This document shows positions 1-9,151 of a stretch of 51,527 bases of DNA, in pieces; the first letter of the stretch is position 1; each line of letters starts with the position of its first letter. Origin of the DNA: a virus. Lineage: Duplodnaviria > Heunggongvirae > Uroviricota > Caudoviricetes. Under the pieces are notes generated by a model. The model was not told the origin of the DNA. It was given only the letters and a program-made list of their open reading frames with translations, and made no database searches. The DNA is taken from positions 1 to 51,527 of IMG/VR virus record IMGVR_UViG_3300031998_000026. One strand, given 5' to 3'. Made by a program: the position numbers and the translations under genes.

Positions 1-362
1 GGCAATTTTTTATGCGCGGCAATAAATTTGAATTCGAAATTTTGACATGTCCTGTCAATGCAAAAGTTTGCTTTTTCGTATTTTGGCAAATTCTGGACAA
101 TAGCTGTCGTGGCAACAGTATCACCAGCTAGATCAGGCGGCGAGGCATGGCCCCAGGGCCGTCTTCTAGGTACTGAAGGCCCCCTATACTAGCGACATAA
201 ACTCCGTCACTTAATCATCTTCGTGCATAGTCGTCGCCAACACTTTTCAGCAACTGCAAAACACCAGCTCAGACAGCATGTGTCACATGTCCGAGAGTTA
301 CGTATCGCCATCGCTCCGCATTCGCGGGAAAGTCAAGGCTTGACATATGAAAGGTTTATGCC

Positions 363-414
363 TTGACCGATGCGATAGCCGTGTGCTATGGTCGAAGGCA
401 CGAACACACGTTCT
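363..414 (+). promoter_or_regulatory. sigma70-type promoter with downstream LexA/SOS-type box (head of packaging operon)
   Basis: TTGACC 363-368, 18-nt spacer, TG-c-TATGGT 384-392; CGAAC-ACAC-GTTCT at 401-414. Confidence 0.65.
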
Positions 415-486
415 CAGGCGCTGCTGCGGAGTGACGGGCGCCCGATGTCGGGGCATGTGCAGCCCCAGTTGGGAGACACCGCAGCG

Positions 487-984
487 ATGGCGCAGGAGTG
501 GGCCAAGCATTTCTACCACAGCCCGGCGTGGCTGAAGAACAGGTCGGGATACCTGCGCTCGACGCTGGACACCTCGGGCAACGTGCTCGTGGCCGTGACC
601 AAGGACGGTCGGACTTACTACGCCCGCAGGGATGACCGATCGCAGACTCCCGTGCCCGACTCCATGGTCGTGCCTCCCGGCATATGCGAGCGGTGCTTCC
701 AGATGGGGGAGTTCACGCCTGCGACGCTCGTGCACCACAAGACCCACCTTACCCCCGAGAACGTGGACGACCCTCACGTGACCCTCTCGTACGACAACTT
801 CCAGCGCCTATGCCAGGACTGCCATGCGGCGGTCCACTCCGGACAGTCGGCCCCGCGCGTCACATTCGACGAGCGGGGCTATGTCATGCCCAGTGAGACC
901 GACACCGAGCGCAGCTACAAGGAGCTGGTCATGCGGCTCACGGAGACCGTCGACGAGCAAAGGAACATCCATAGGAGACGATAG
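487..984 (+). CDS. phage HNH endonuclease (terminase-associated, gp74-like)
   Basis: FYHSPAWLKNR...CERC...VHHKTHL...DNFQRLCQDCHAAVH; ATG 487 follows GGGAG; lies upstream of terS. Confidence 0.85.
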   Translation: MAQEWAKHFYHSPAWLKNRSGYLRSTLDTSGNVLVAVTKDGRTYYARRDDRSQTPVPDSMVVPPGICERCFQMGEFTPATLVHHKTHLTPENVDDPHVTLSYDNFQRLCQDCHAAVHSGQSAPRVTFDERGYVMPSETDTERSYKELVMRLTETVDEQRNIHRRR

Positions 985-994
985 GAGACCACAC

Positions 995-1135
995 ATGGGA
1001 GAGACATGCCTCAACTGCAGGCACTTCGACCCGGACGACACGGGGCTTCCCGTGTGCGTCCTGCACCGCAGGTTCATGCACGGCGAGTGGACGTGCGGCG
1101 ACTTCGAGCGGCCTCGAGGGGGTGACGGCAAGTGA
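995..1135 (+). CDS. small Cys-rich hypothetical protein (46 aa)
   Basis: GGAG RBS, ATG 995; MGETCLNCRHF...CVLH...WTCGDFE; stop overlaps next GTG (GTGA). Confidence 0.6.
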   Translation: MGETCLNCRHFDPDDTGLPVCVLHRRFMHGEWTCGDFERPRGGDGK

Positions 1136-1245
1136 GCCTTTGCGACTGGTGCGAGCACCACGTGTACGACGAGGACGAGGACGAGGAGTACTGCGAGTAC
1201 GAGTGCGACCCCGACGACTGCGACCTCTACGAGGAGGCCGAATGA
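1132..1245 (+). CDS. very small acidic Cys-rich protein (37 aa), absent from ORF track
   Basis: GTG 1132; SLCDWCEHHVYDEDEDEEYCEYECDPDDCDLYEEAE; coupled by GTGA/ATGA overlaps on both sides. Confidence 0.55.
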   Translation: MSLCDWCEHHVYDEDEDEEYCEYECDPDDCDLYEEAE

Positions 1246-1436
1246 GCCTCTACTTCTACGCCAGGCCCACGGCGAGGATGGAGAACCGCTTCGAGGACGA
1301 GGTGGCGATAACGTGGGCGGACTCAAAGCGCGACGCCCTCGAGAGGTTCAGCGAGTACTTCGACCATGCCGACGTCAGATACGTGCACCACGTGAGGTTC
1401 GATCACTCCGAGGTGTGCGTCCTCACCGACTTCTAG
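1242..1436 (+). CDS. hypothetical protein (64 aa)
   Basis: GAGGAGG RBS, ATG 1242; MSLYFYARPTARMENRFEDEVAITWADSK... Confidence 0.65.
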   Translation: MSLYFYARPTARMENRFEDEVAITWADSKRDALERFSEYFDHADVRYVHHVRFDHSEVCVLTDF

Positions 1437-1448
1437 GGAGGGGAGAAC

Positions 1449-1832
1449 ATGCCTGCGAAGAGGATACCCAAGCCGAGGCAGGAGGACATAGACAGCGCCG
1501 TGCAGGGCCTGCTCGAGGTGATAGACATCGACTCCCTCTCGGACGTCGACAGGTTCTTCGCGCTCGACCTGCTCGGTGACTACGGGAAGTGGTGCGCCAT
1601 ATCTGAGGCGGCATGGACGTCGATATCGACGGAGGGCACGCTCTCGCGCACCACCACGGGAGGCAAGGGCAACAACCACTACAAGCTCACCAAGAGCGAG
1701 TCCATCAACGTGTTCAAGGACGCGAGGGCCGCGAAGTCAGACCTCGCGGTCAAGATCTCGAGGTTCGTGAAGCAGGGCGCGGCGGCGTCCGACGAGGGGG
1801 AGATGGATGCCTTCGACGCCTTCAACGCCTAA
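1449..1832 (+). CDS. terS: terminase small subunit (putative)
   Basis: 127 aa immediately upstream of and overlapping terL; P27-like composition (LLGDYGKW...TTTGGKGNNHYK...INVFKD). Confidence 0.7.
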   Translation: MPAKRIPKPRQEDIDSAVQGLLEVIDIDSLSDVDRFFALDLLGDYGKWCAISEAAWTSISTEGTLSRTTTGGKGNNHYKLTKSESINVFKDARAAKSDLAVKISRFVKQGAAASDEGEMDAFDAFNA

Positions 1833-4668
1833 CAGCCCTCCGTACATAGTCGACGGCAAGACTGATGCCGAGAGGTACCTCGAGGGGTGCCTCGACGGCT
1901 CCGTAGTCGCATGCAAGAAGATTAAGCGCCTTGCGGAGATAATGCTGCCACGGTTCCACGAGGAGTACCACGGCTTCCACTTCTCGGTCGAGGCCGCACT
2001 CAGGCCGGTTCGCTTCATCGAGACGATATGCCGGATCCCGTCGGCCGAGAACATGGGCATGCCGTTCATCCTCGAGCCGTACGAGCGGATGATCGTCGAG
2101 CTGGCGTTCGGCTTCGTCGACGAGGACGGGCACCGTCAGTTCAGGGAAGTGCTGGTTGAGATTAGTCGCAAGAACGGCAAGGCTCTGAGCCTTGACACCG
2201 AGATACCGACACCAAATGGTTGGCGCACAATGGGCGACCTACATGTCGGCGACGTCGTGTTCGGTCAAGACGGCAAACCGTCAAACATTGTTGCTGAATC
2301 AGAGATTTTTGACAAGCCGATGTACCTCGTCACGTTTGAGGACGGTTCACAAATAAAGGCATCTGGCGACCATGTCTGGACAGTGCAGACAAAACACAGC
2401 CGTAGTACATCAAAGAGGATGCCTGGGCCACGTGGCCACATCGGAAATGGCAAGCGTTACCGTAGCGACGGCTGGTATGAGGTTACAACACAGGAAATGT
2501 TCGACGACTCCAAGTTTGTCTGTCACAGAGCCGATGGCAAAGGTGTCGAGTATAAGTATCGTGTGCCCATGAGTCTTCCTGCCGAGTACCCAGAGAGGGA
2601 GCTGCCGATAGACCCGTATACGTTTGGATATTGGCTTGGGGACGGGACATCAAGCAAGCCAGAAGTCACGGTTGCTGACTGCGACATTCAAGACGCATAT
2701 CAAACACTCACTTCGCTTGGACACTCTTGCGACATTAAGCACTGCAAGAGCAGAACAGACAAGATAGTTATCGATACGGGAGTGAGAGGCGAAAACGGAA
2801 GCAATTCGTTTATAAACGCACTTAGGGAGTTGGGGGTGTTCGGGAATAAGCACATACCCGACATCTACTTACAAGGCTCAACCGAACAGCGCTGGGAGCT
2901 ACTGCGCGGTCTTATGGACACTGACGGCTATTGTTCTCAGGCAGGTCAATGTGAGTTCACGCAGAAGAACGAGCTTATTGTCGACCAGCTCATCGAGCTG
3001 TGCTCAAGCCTCGGCATAAAGGCGACAAAGAGGAGTAAGCAGGCTCAGTGCAATGGCAAACCCTGTGGCACTGTATACCAGGCGCAGTTCTGGACGGACA
3101 AAGAGCATAGTTGCTTCCACCTGAAGCGCAAGCATGACCGGTTAAAAGATAAGCTTGCACCTAGAATGTCACGCAAGACCATCGTGTCGATAGAGCCCAT
3201 CCCAAACGAGCCAAGCAAGTGCATAGCAATTGACAATCAATCACACCTGTATCTTGCAGGCAGACACTACACTGCAACCCACAACACCTCACTGCTCGCC
3301 GCCCTCAACCTCTATATGCTCACCAGCGACAAGGAGCCGGCAGCCGAATGCTACAACGGTGCCACCAACACCCAGCAGGCGAGGCTTTGTTGGGGTGCCA
3401 CGAACGATATGATCAAGATGTCGCCGCTCCTCAGGAAGCGCATACGCAGGGGCATGGTGCAGAAGCGCGGAATCACCGGACTGAACTACGACGCAAACGG
3501 CTCGTACCTATGCACGATCAGCTCTCGCAGCGACAGCCTCGACGGACTCAACATGCACTTCGGCGTGCTCGACGAGCTTGCAGCCTGTCGTGACCAGGGC
3601 GCCACGTACCGCCTTCTCACAGGGGCAATGAGCTCTCGTCGGCAGCCCATGCTGTTCGTCATATCGACCCAGGGGAAGGTCAGGAACAACATCTTCGACA
3701 ACCGCCTGGAGGTGTGCAACCGATGGCTCAACGGCGAGTCGAGGTCTGACCGGATACTGCCAATCCTCTTCGAGCAGGACGATCGTTCCGAGGTGTTCGC
3801 CGGCCTCGAGGAGGAGAACAGGTGGCTGTGGAAGAAGTCGAACCCCGGCCTCGGCACGGTCAAGAAGGAGTCGAGCATGGTCGAGCTCGTGCAGCAGGCA
3901 TTCGAGAACAGGGCCGACCTGCCCGAGGTGCTCATGAAGCAGTTCAACATACCCGCGCTGGAATACTCTAGCTTCCTCTCGTACGAGGAGTGCGTCAACG
4001 ACGAGCCGACCCCATTCGACCCGTCTGTCGACCGATACTGCGTCATCGGCTTCGACCTTGCGTCGTCAGGCGACCTCAACGCGGCGTGCGCGCTGTACAA
4101 GCGCCCGGGAGACGACAGGTACTACGAGCGGAGCTGCTGCTGGATAGCCGACGAGCAGGTGAACATCAACATCAAGGGGTTCAAGGAGCGTGACGCCGTG
4201 CCGTACAGGCAGTGGGCGTCCGACGGGTGGCTGCACATAGTCGAGGGCGACAAGGTGAACCAGATGGTCATCGTCGAATGGATACGGTCGCTAGTTGACG
4301 AGGGCCTCTACCCGATGGCCGTCGCGTACGACGCGTGGCACGTGGACGACTGGACCGAGAGGGAGCTCAAGCGCCTCGTCGGCGAGTCCAGGGTACACAG
4401 CGTCCCGCAATACGCGAAGGTGCTGTCGCCGCTCATGAAGGAGCACCAGCTCGACCTCCGCGCGCACAGGATAATCAACAGCTCGCCGATAACGGCGTGG
4501 GCGAGGATGAACGTTGAGGTCACCGTCGACAACAACGACAACGTCTTCCCGAGGAAGAAGAACCTGGACCCCCACAAGAAGATAGACCCGTACATGGCCG
4601 AGCTGTTCGCGTTCAAGGCGTTCCGACTGCACGAGGAGGAGTACGCCGGCATGATTGGCGACTCCTAG
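1807..4668 (+). CDS. terL: terminase large subunit, intein-containing precursor
   Basis: LEPYERMIVELAFG, RQFREVLVEISRKNGK/T Walker A, FGVLDEL Walker B, VISTQG, IGFDLASSGD nuclease, AYDAW, KIDPYMA. Confidence 0.95.
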   Translation: MPSTPSTPNSPPYIVDGKTDAERYLEGCLDGSVVACKKIKRLAEIMLPRFHEEYHGFHFSVEAALRPVRFIETICRIPSAENMGMPFILEPYERMIVELAFGFVDEDGHRQFREVLVEISRKNGKALSLDTEIPTPNGWRTMGDLHVGDVVFGQDGKPSNIVAESEIFDKPMYLVTFEDGSQIKASGDHVWTVQTKHSRSTSKRMPGPRGHIGNGKRYRSDGWYEVTTQEMFDDSKFVCHRADGKGVEYKYRVPMSLPAEYPERELPIDPYTFGYWLGDGTSSKPEVTVADCDIQDAYQTLTSLGHSCDIKHCKSRTDKIVIDTGVRGENGSNSFINALRELGVFGNKHIPDIYLQGSTEQRWELLRGLMDTDGYCSQAGQCEFTQKNELIVDQLIELCSSLGIKATKRSKQAQCNGKPCGTVYQAQFWTDKEHSCFHLKRKHDRLKDKLAPRMSRKTIVSIEPIPNEPSKCIAIDNQSHLYLAGRHYTATHNTSLLAALNLYMLTSDKEPAAECYNGATNTQQARLCWGATNDMIKMSPLLRKRIRRGMVQKRGITGLNYDANGSYLCTISSRSDSLDGLNMHFGVLDELAACRDQGATYRLLTGAMSSRRQPMLFVISTQGKVRNNIFDNRLEVCNRWLNGESRSDRILPILFEQDDRSEVFAGLEEENRWLWKKSNPGLGTVKKESSMVELVQQAFENRADLPEVLMKQFNIPALEYSSFLSYEECVNDEPTPFDPSVDRYCVIGFDLASSGDLNAACALYKRPGDDRYYERSCCWIADEQVNINIKGFKERDAVPYRQWASDGWLHIVEGDKVNQMVIVEWIRSLVDEGLYPMAVAYDAWHVDDWTERELKRLVGESRVHSVPQYAKVLSPLMKEHQLDLRAHRIINSSPITAWARMNVEVTVDNNDNVFPRKKNLDPHKKIDPYMAELFAFKAFRLHEEEYAGMIGDS
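2182..3285 (+). mobile_element. intein (368 aa) with LAGLIDADG homing endonuclease; Ala1, WCT signature = class 3
   Basis: Inserted between GK and T of Walker A; starts ALSLDTEIPTPNGW, block B ASGDHVW, LAGLIDADG motifs GYWLGDG and RGLMDTDG, block F SKCIAID, ends YTATHN|T; visibly lower GC than the exteins. Confidence 0.92.
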
Positions 4669-4681
4669 CAAGAGGGAGCGG

Positions 4682-5890
4682 TCACGAGCGTTGCCTGTCC
4701 AGGACGCACTCGCAGAAGTCGCGCACCGTCCACATGCCACGCTGCTGCGACGGCAGGTACGTCGCATGTATCGGAGCAGGTACGACGAGCTGCAGGTCGC
4801 GCGCGGCCATCTCCTTGGTCTGGTCGACCGATATGGCGGGCTCCAAGGTCACGAGATGCTTCGTGCGAACCCTGTCTCCCTCCTGCAGCACCTGCCTCCA
4901 CCTGTCCTTCGCCGTTGTCTTGGCACCGAGCAGCGTGAGTCTGGCGGCGGGGAAGAGGGAGTCGTGGTACGCGTCCTCGGACGGGAACAGGAAGTCGGGC
5001 TTCTCCTTGCCCTCCGTGCGGCCCTGTGCGGTGTAGTCTATGCCGAACGCGTCGAACACGGCCTCGAGGTGGTACTCCAGAGCATGGCCGGCGGACGACC
5101 TCCTGCGCTGGAACAGCGACATGGCGACCGAGAGTATGGCGTCGTAGTCGGGGTCGGAGACGTTCCTCACAAGCGGCCCGAGCCTTGACTCCATCTCGTG
5201 CCGCTCGTACTCCATGAACAGCGTGGTCTGCGTGTTGTAGAAGTCCACGAGCGCGCCGTCTGGGTCATCGAGCGGGTCCATGCCGGAGACGCACCTTGCG
5301 AACTCGGAGAACACGCGGCCGTGTGGCAGCCTGTCAGGCCACCTGTCCAGCATCTCGGTCACGTACTCGCCGAGCTCCCATGGCGCCTCCGCCTCTATGC
5401 CAAGCATGGCAAGGATCTCCGCCCCGAAGGCGTCGACCCTCCTTCCCATGTCGCGCGAAGGCTTGTAGCTGGCTGAGTCGTCATCTACCCCGAACAGATA
5501 CCTGACCTCGGACTCCCTGTCCGTACCGCTCTCGGCGAACACGAACGCGAGCTCGCCCTCGCTTGTGACGGCCACTATGGCGAGGTCGCCGACGCCGGCC
5601 ATCGAAACGGGAGGGCATTCGGGGTAGTAGAGCCTGTATTCGGGTCCCCTGTTCGGATTCTTCCTTCGGGCGTCATACCATGTCGTCAGCGCATAGGCAG
5701 TCTCCATGGCTCCGTCGCCTACGTAAAGATACGTCGCCCATACGCGCCTGTCGTCGTCACCAAGGTACTTGCGAAGCCTGCCAAAGCCGCCGAGCTCGTG
5801 CCCGTGGCTCACCATCCTGTCGATGTCGGTGCCGCCAAGCGACTTGGCGAGCACTACGTCGAAGTAGTCCCTGAGTGATCCGTAGTCCAC
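4682..5890 (-). CDS. type II restriction endonuclease, EcoRII-like C-terminal catalytic domain
   Basis: [13 protein letters not shown]...[10 protein letters not shown]...[34 protein letters not shown]; GTG 5890 with GGGAGG RBS; overlaps MTase 3' end. Confidence 0.85.
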   Translation of the reverse strand: MDYGSLRDYFDVVLAKSLGGTDIDRMVSHGHELGGFGRLRKYLGDDDRRVWATYLYVGDGAMETAYALTTWYDARRKNPNRGPEYRLYYPECPPVSMAGVGDLAIVAVTSEGELAFVFAESGTDRESEVRYLFGVDDDSASYKPSRDMGRRVDAFGAEILAMLGIEAEAPWELGEYVTEMLDRWPDRLPHGRVFSEFARCVSGMDPLDDPDGALVDFYNTQTTLFMEYERHEMESRLGPLVRNVSDPDYDAILSVAMSLFQRRRSSAGHALEYHLEAVFDAFGIDYTAQGRTEGKEKPDFLFPSEDAYHDSLFPAARLTLLGAKTTAKDRWRQVLQEGDRVRTKHLVTLEPAISVDQTKEMAARDLQLVVPAPIHATYLPSQQRGMWTVRDFCECVLDRQRS

Positions 5891-6849
5891 AGTGCCTCCC
5901 TGACGAGGCGTGCCACGGCGGCGACCGCAGGCACGCACACGGAGTTACCGAACTGTCGGTACGCCTGCGTGTCCGAGACCGGTATCTCGAACGAGTCGGG
6001 GAAGCCCTGCAATCTGGCGCACTCCCTCGGCGTGAGCCTCCTCGGGTTCTTCCCGTCCTGGAGCACGAGGCATTCCGAGCCGTCCTTATGGTAGCGCGCC
6101 GATATGGTGCGGGTGGTGTCTCCTGGGCCAACGGTGCCATATCCGAAGCCGTTGCCCTTGGCGCGGTGCTTAGCCGCGTATGCCTGCAGGTACTCCCACA
6201 GCTTGTCGGACAGGGTGTACTTGTCGGGCACGTCCGTCTCCATGACGTCCGCGAACACGCCGCCGCTCTCTGGTATTACGAGGTCGTCCCACGAGAACGG
6301 CAGGTCCTCCCTGAATCCGACTATGTATATGCGCTCCCTGTGCTGCGGCGTCCAGTGCTTGCCGTCTATGACCTTCCAGTGTACGTGGTACCCGAGGTCC
6401 TCGGTGAGCACGCGCATGATGACCCTGAACGTGTTGCCACTGTCGTGGCTCGTCAGGTTCTTTACGTTCTCGAGGAGGAACGCCTTCGGCCTCTTTGCGT
6501 CGATGATGCGCGCGACCTCGAAGAACAGCGTTCCCTGCGTCTCGTCCTCGAAGCCGGTGGGCCTCCCGAGGCTGCGCTTCTTGGACACGCCGGATATCGA
6601 GAAGGGCTGGCAGGGAAAACCAGCCAGCAGAATGTCATGGTCTGGTATCTCGTCTGACGGCACCTCGGTGATGTCGCCGGCTATCTCGAACCCGTCATGG
6701 AAGTTGGCCTCGTACGTCTGCCTCGAGAACTTGTTCCACTCGGACGCCCACACCGTATCCATGTCCTCGCCGAACGCCTGCTCGAATCCGAGCCTTATCC
6801 CGCCGATGCCCGCGAACAGGTCTATGGACTTGACCTTGCCTCCAGCCAT
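5854..6849 (-). CDS. dcm: DNA (cytosine-5) methyltransferase, Dcm/M.EcoRII family (CCWGG predicted)
   Basis: [81 protein letters not shown]; ATG 6849 with AGAGG RBS. Confidence 0.95.
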   Translation of the reverse strand: MAGGKVKSIDLFAGIGGIRLGFEQAFGEDMDTVWASEWNKFSRQTYEANFHDGFEIAGDITEVPSDEIPDHDILLAGFPCQPFSISGVSKKRSLGRPTGFEDETQGTLFFEVARIIDAKRPKAFLLENVKNLTSHDSGNTFRVIMRVLTEDLGYHVHWKVIDGKHWTPQHRERIYIVGFREDLPFSWDDLVIPESGGVFADVMETDVPDKYTLSDKLWEYLQAYAAKHRAKGNGFGYGTVGPGDTTRTISARYHKDGSECLVLQDGKNPRRLTPRECARLQGFPDSFEIPVSDTQAYRQFGNSVCVPAVAAVARLVREALWTTDHSGTTST

Positions 6850-6981
6850 GCGATAACCTCTGTCCTGCGGGGATGCGTCCCCCGCGCAACGGCCTCCCGG
6901 CGTGGACCAGACGTCGGGAGGCTTTCCGTATGTCGAGCCTCCATCATAGACCAACAGTCGGACAGAAACTCCGACATCGCC

Positions 6982-7012
6982 TATAATCTAGCAAGATACG
7001 AACGGAGGTTCG
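6982..7012 (+). promoter_or_regulatory. -10 element plus perfect LexA-type palindrome overlapping the RBS
   Basis: TATAAT 6982-6987; CGAAC-GGAG-GTTCG 6999-7012, which contains the SD GGAGG of the next gene. Confidence 0.55.
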
Positions 7013-7013
7013 G

Positions 7014-7718
7014 GTGGCGATATACATTACCGGCGACATACACGGCGACATGAGCATACGCAAGCTGGGGCGGAGCAGCTTCGAGGAGGGACGCAGTCTC
7101 ACCCGCGACGACTACGTGATCATACTCGGCGACTTCGGCCTCGTCTGGGATGGACGTGAGTCCGACGAGTGGTGGCTCGACTGGCTCGAGGCATGCCCGT
7201 GGACGACCCTCTTCATAGACGGCAACCACGAGAACCACCCGCTGCTCGCCACGTACCCCGCACGCGGATACATGGGCGGCATGGTTCACGAGGTGAGGCC
7301 GCATGTTCTGCACCTGATGAGGGGCTGGGTGTTCGACCTTCCAGCGGACGGCGGCACGAGGTCGTTCCTCGCGATGGGAGGTGCTGCGTCCCATGACAGG
7401 GAGTGGCGCACTGAGGGCGTGTCGTGGTGGCCCGAGGAGGTTCCCGACGAGGAGGAGCGGTCGCTGTGCGAGCGGTCACTTTCCGAGAGGGGATGGAGGG
7501 TCGACCACGTCCTGACGCACGACGCCCCGTCCGACCTCGTGCCGAAGCTGGGGATACTGTCAGGCAGGAACTTCGCCGCAGACGACTACGAGAGGTGGCT
7601 CAACTCCGTCTCGTTCAGGCTGGACTTCGGCAGGTGGTGGTTCGGCCACTTCCACATCGACAGGGAGCTGTCGGGAGGGTTCGCGGCGCTCTACAACAAC
7701 GTCGTACGCGCGGATTAG
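7014..7718 (+). CDS. calcineurin-like metallophosphoesterase
   Basis: GDIHG, ILGDFG, IDGNHEN, THDAP, WWFGHFH motifs. Confidence 0.9.
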   Translation: MAIYITGDIHGDMSIRKLGRSSFEEGRSLTRDDYVIILGDFGLVWDGRESDEWWLDWLEACPWTTLFIDGNHENHPLLATYPARGYMGGMVHEVRPHVLHLMRGWVFDLPADGGTRSFLAMGGAASHDREWRTEGVSWWPEEVPDEEERSLCERSLSERGWRVDHVLTHDAPSDLVPKLGILSGRNFAADDYERWLNSVSFRLDFGRWWFGHFHIDRELSGGFAALYNNVVRAD

Positions 7719-7728
7719 CAGACGGGAC

Positions 7729-7758
7729 TTGCGCGACCGAACACATGTATGGTACAAT
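7729..7758 (+). promoter_or_regulatory. promoter upstream of portal with degenerate LexA-type box
   Basis: TTGCGC 7729-7734, 18 nt, TG-g-TACAAT 7750-7758; CGAAC-ACAT-GTATG 7738-7751. Confidence 0.55.
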
Positions 7759-7769
7759 TGCCGCATGGG

Positions 7770-7804
7770 ACAGCCATGCCGACAGGCAGGGCTGTTTTTC
7801 TTTT
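7770..7804 (+). terminator. intrinsic terminator
   Basis: ACAGCC-a-TGCC-gaca-GGCA-g-GGCTGT followed by TTTTCTTTT. Confidence 0.75.
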
Positions 7805-7819
7805 GCGCAAGGGAGCGAT

Positions 7820-9103
7820 TTGGGACTTCTCGAGAAGATCGTCCCCAAGTCTCTCAAGCCCTTGTTCGCGAAGCCCGAGCAGCAAGTCACGGGCGGCTAC
7901 AGGACGATAACGGAGTACACGCCGCAGTTCACGTCTTGGGACGGGACGCTCTACGAGCAGGCCCAGACCAGGGCGATAGTCGAGCGCATAGCGGTCGCGT
8001 GCTCCAAGCTGAAGCCGGAGTTCGTGACACCCGAGGGCTCGGGCGGCGCGATACCGAGGGTGCAGAGGCTCGTCTCGTCATTCCCCAACGACATGATGAC
8101 GTGGCCCGACTTCCTACGCAGGGTGGCTACCATCCTGTTCGTGGACACGGTCGCGTACGTCGTGCCGCAGTATGACGAGAGGGACGCAGGGACCATCGTG
8201 GGGCTGTGGCCGATGAAGCCGAGTCATACCGAGGTGGTCGAGTACGAGGGCGAGCCGTGGGTGAGGTTCCACCTGCTCAACGGCGAGACGATGGCGTTCC
8301 CGTTCTACGACGTGGCGATACTCACCAGGTTCCAGCTCGACTCCGACATATTCGGCGGAGGCAACCTGCCCCTCACGCCCACCCTCAGGCTCATGGACGC
8401 CCAGAGGCAGGCTGAGGAGATAGCGCTGCAGACCGGTGCGGACATACGGTTCATAGGCAAGCTCTCCGGCATGGTCCACGAGAAGGACATGGAGAAGAAG
8501 CGCCAGAGGTTCAGCGAGACGAACCTCAGCACCAGCAACACAACTGGGTTGATGGTCTACGACCAGACATTCGAGGACATTCAGCAGATAAAGTCCGAGC
8601 ACTACACCATCGACCCGGACGAGATGGCGCGCATCGACAAGGTTCTGTACGCGTACTTCGGCATAAACGAGAAGATACTCAACGCCGACTTCGACGAGAA
8701 CACCTGGAGCAGCTTCTACGAGTCCACCATTGAGCCCGTCGGCATAATGCTCGGCGAGCGGCTGTCGATGATGCTTCTCACGCCGACTCAGGTCCGCAAG
8801 GGCAACCGCATCATGTTCTCGAGCTCCTACCTCGAGTACGCGTCGACCGACTCGAAGATTAAGGTCGCGAAGTTCCTCTCCGAGATGGGGGCTGGCACGC
8901 GCAACGAGGTGCGCGACATATTCCAGCTCCCCAGGGTCAGGGGCGGGGACGTGTTCACGCTGCGCGGCGAGATATACATGGTCGACGACGAGAACAACAT
9001 TATCGCCGAGTCCGGCGGACACTCCCAGCACGACACCACATGGAGCGACGGCTGGGACGATGACCTGTCGGACCTCGACGAGCCAGACGAAGACAACGCG
9101 TAA
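7820..9103 (+). CDS. portal protein (HK97 family)
   Basis: TTG start after AAGGGAG; TVAYVVPQY...GLWPMKP, AYFGINEKIL, FYESTIEP, TRNEVRDIFQLP; track ORF start 7424 overlaps the phosphoesterase and is rejected. Confidence 0.9.
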   Translation: MGLLEKIVPKSLKPLFAKPEQQVTGGYRTITEYTPQFTSWDGTLYEQAQTRAIVERIAVACSKLKPEFVTPEGSGGAIPRVQRLVSSFPNDMMTWPDFLRRVATILFVDTVAYVVPQYDERDAGTIVGLWPMKPSHTEVVEYEGEPWVRFHLLNGETMAFPFYDVAILTRFQLDSDIFGGGNLPLTPTLRLMDAQRQAEEIALQTGADIRFIGKLSGMVHEKDMEKKRQRFSETNLSTSNTTGLMVYDQTFEDIQQIKSEHYTIDPDEMARIDKVLYAYFGINEKILNADFDENTWSSFYESTIEPVGIMLGERLSMMLLTPTQVRKGNRIMFSSSYLEYASTDSKIKVAKFLSEMGAGTRNEVRDIFQLPRVRGGDVFTLRGEIYMVDDENNIIAESGGHSQHDTTWSDGWDDDLSDLDEPDEDNA

Positions 9104-9105
9104 GC

Positions 9106-9129
9106 AAAGCCCCGAGAGGGGCTTTTTTG
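9106..9129 (+). terminator. intrinsic terminator after portal
   Basis: AAAGCCCC-gaga-GGGGCTTT-TTT. Confidence 0.8.
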
Positions 9130-9151
9130 TTAGACGAGCAAGGAGGCAGTG

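Noticed and set aside
7424-7819. N-terminal extension of portal given by the ORF track
   Set aside because: It overlaps the phosphoesterase, a promoter and a terminator. A TTG with SD at 7820 gives a normal-sized portal.
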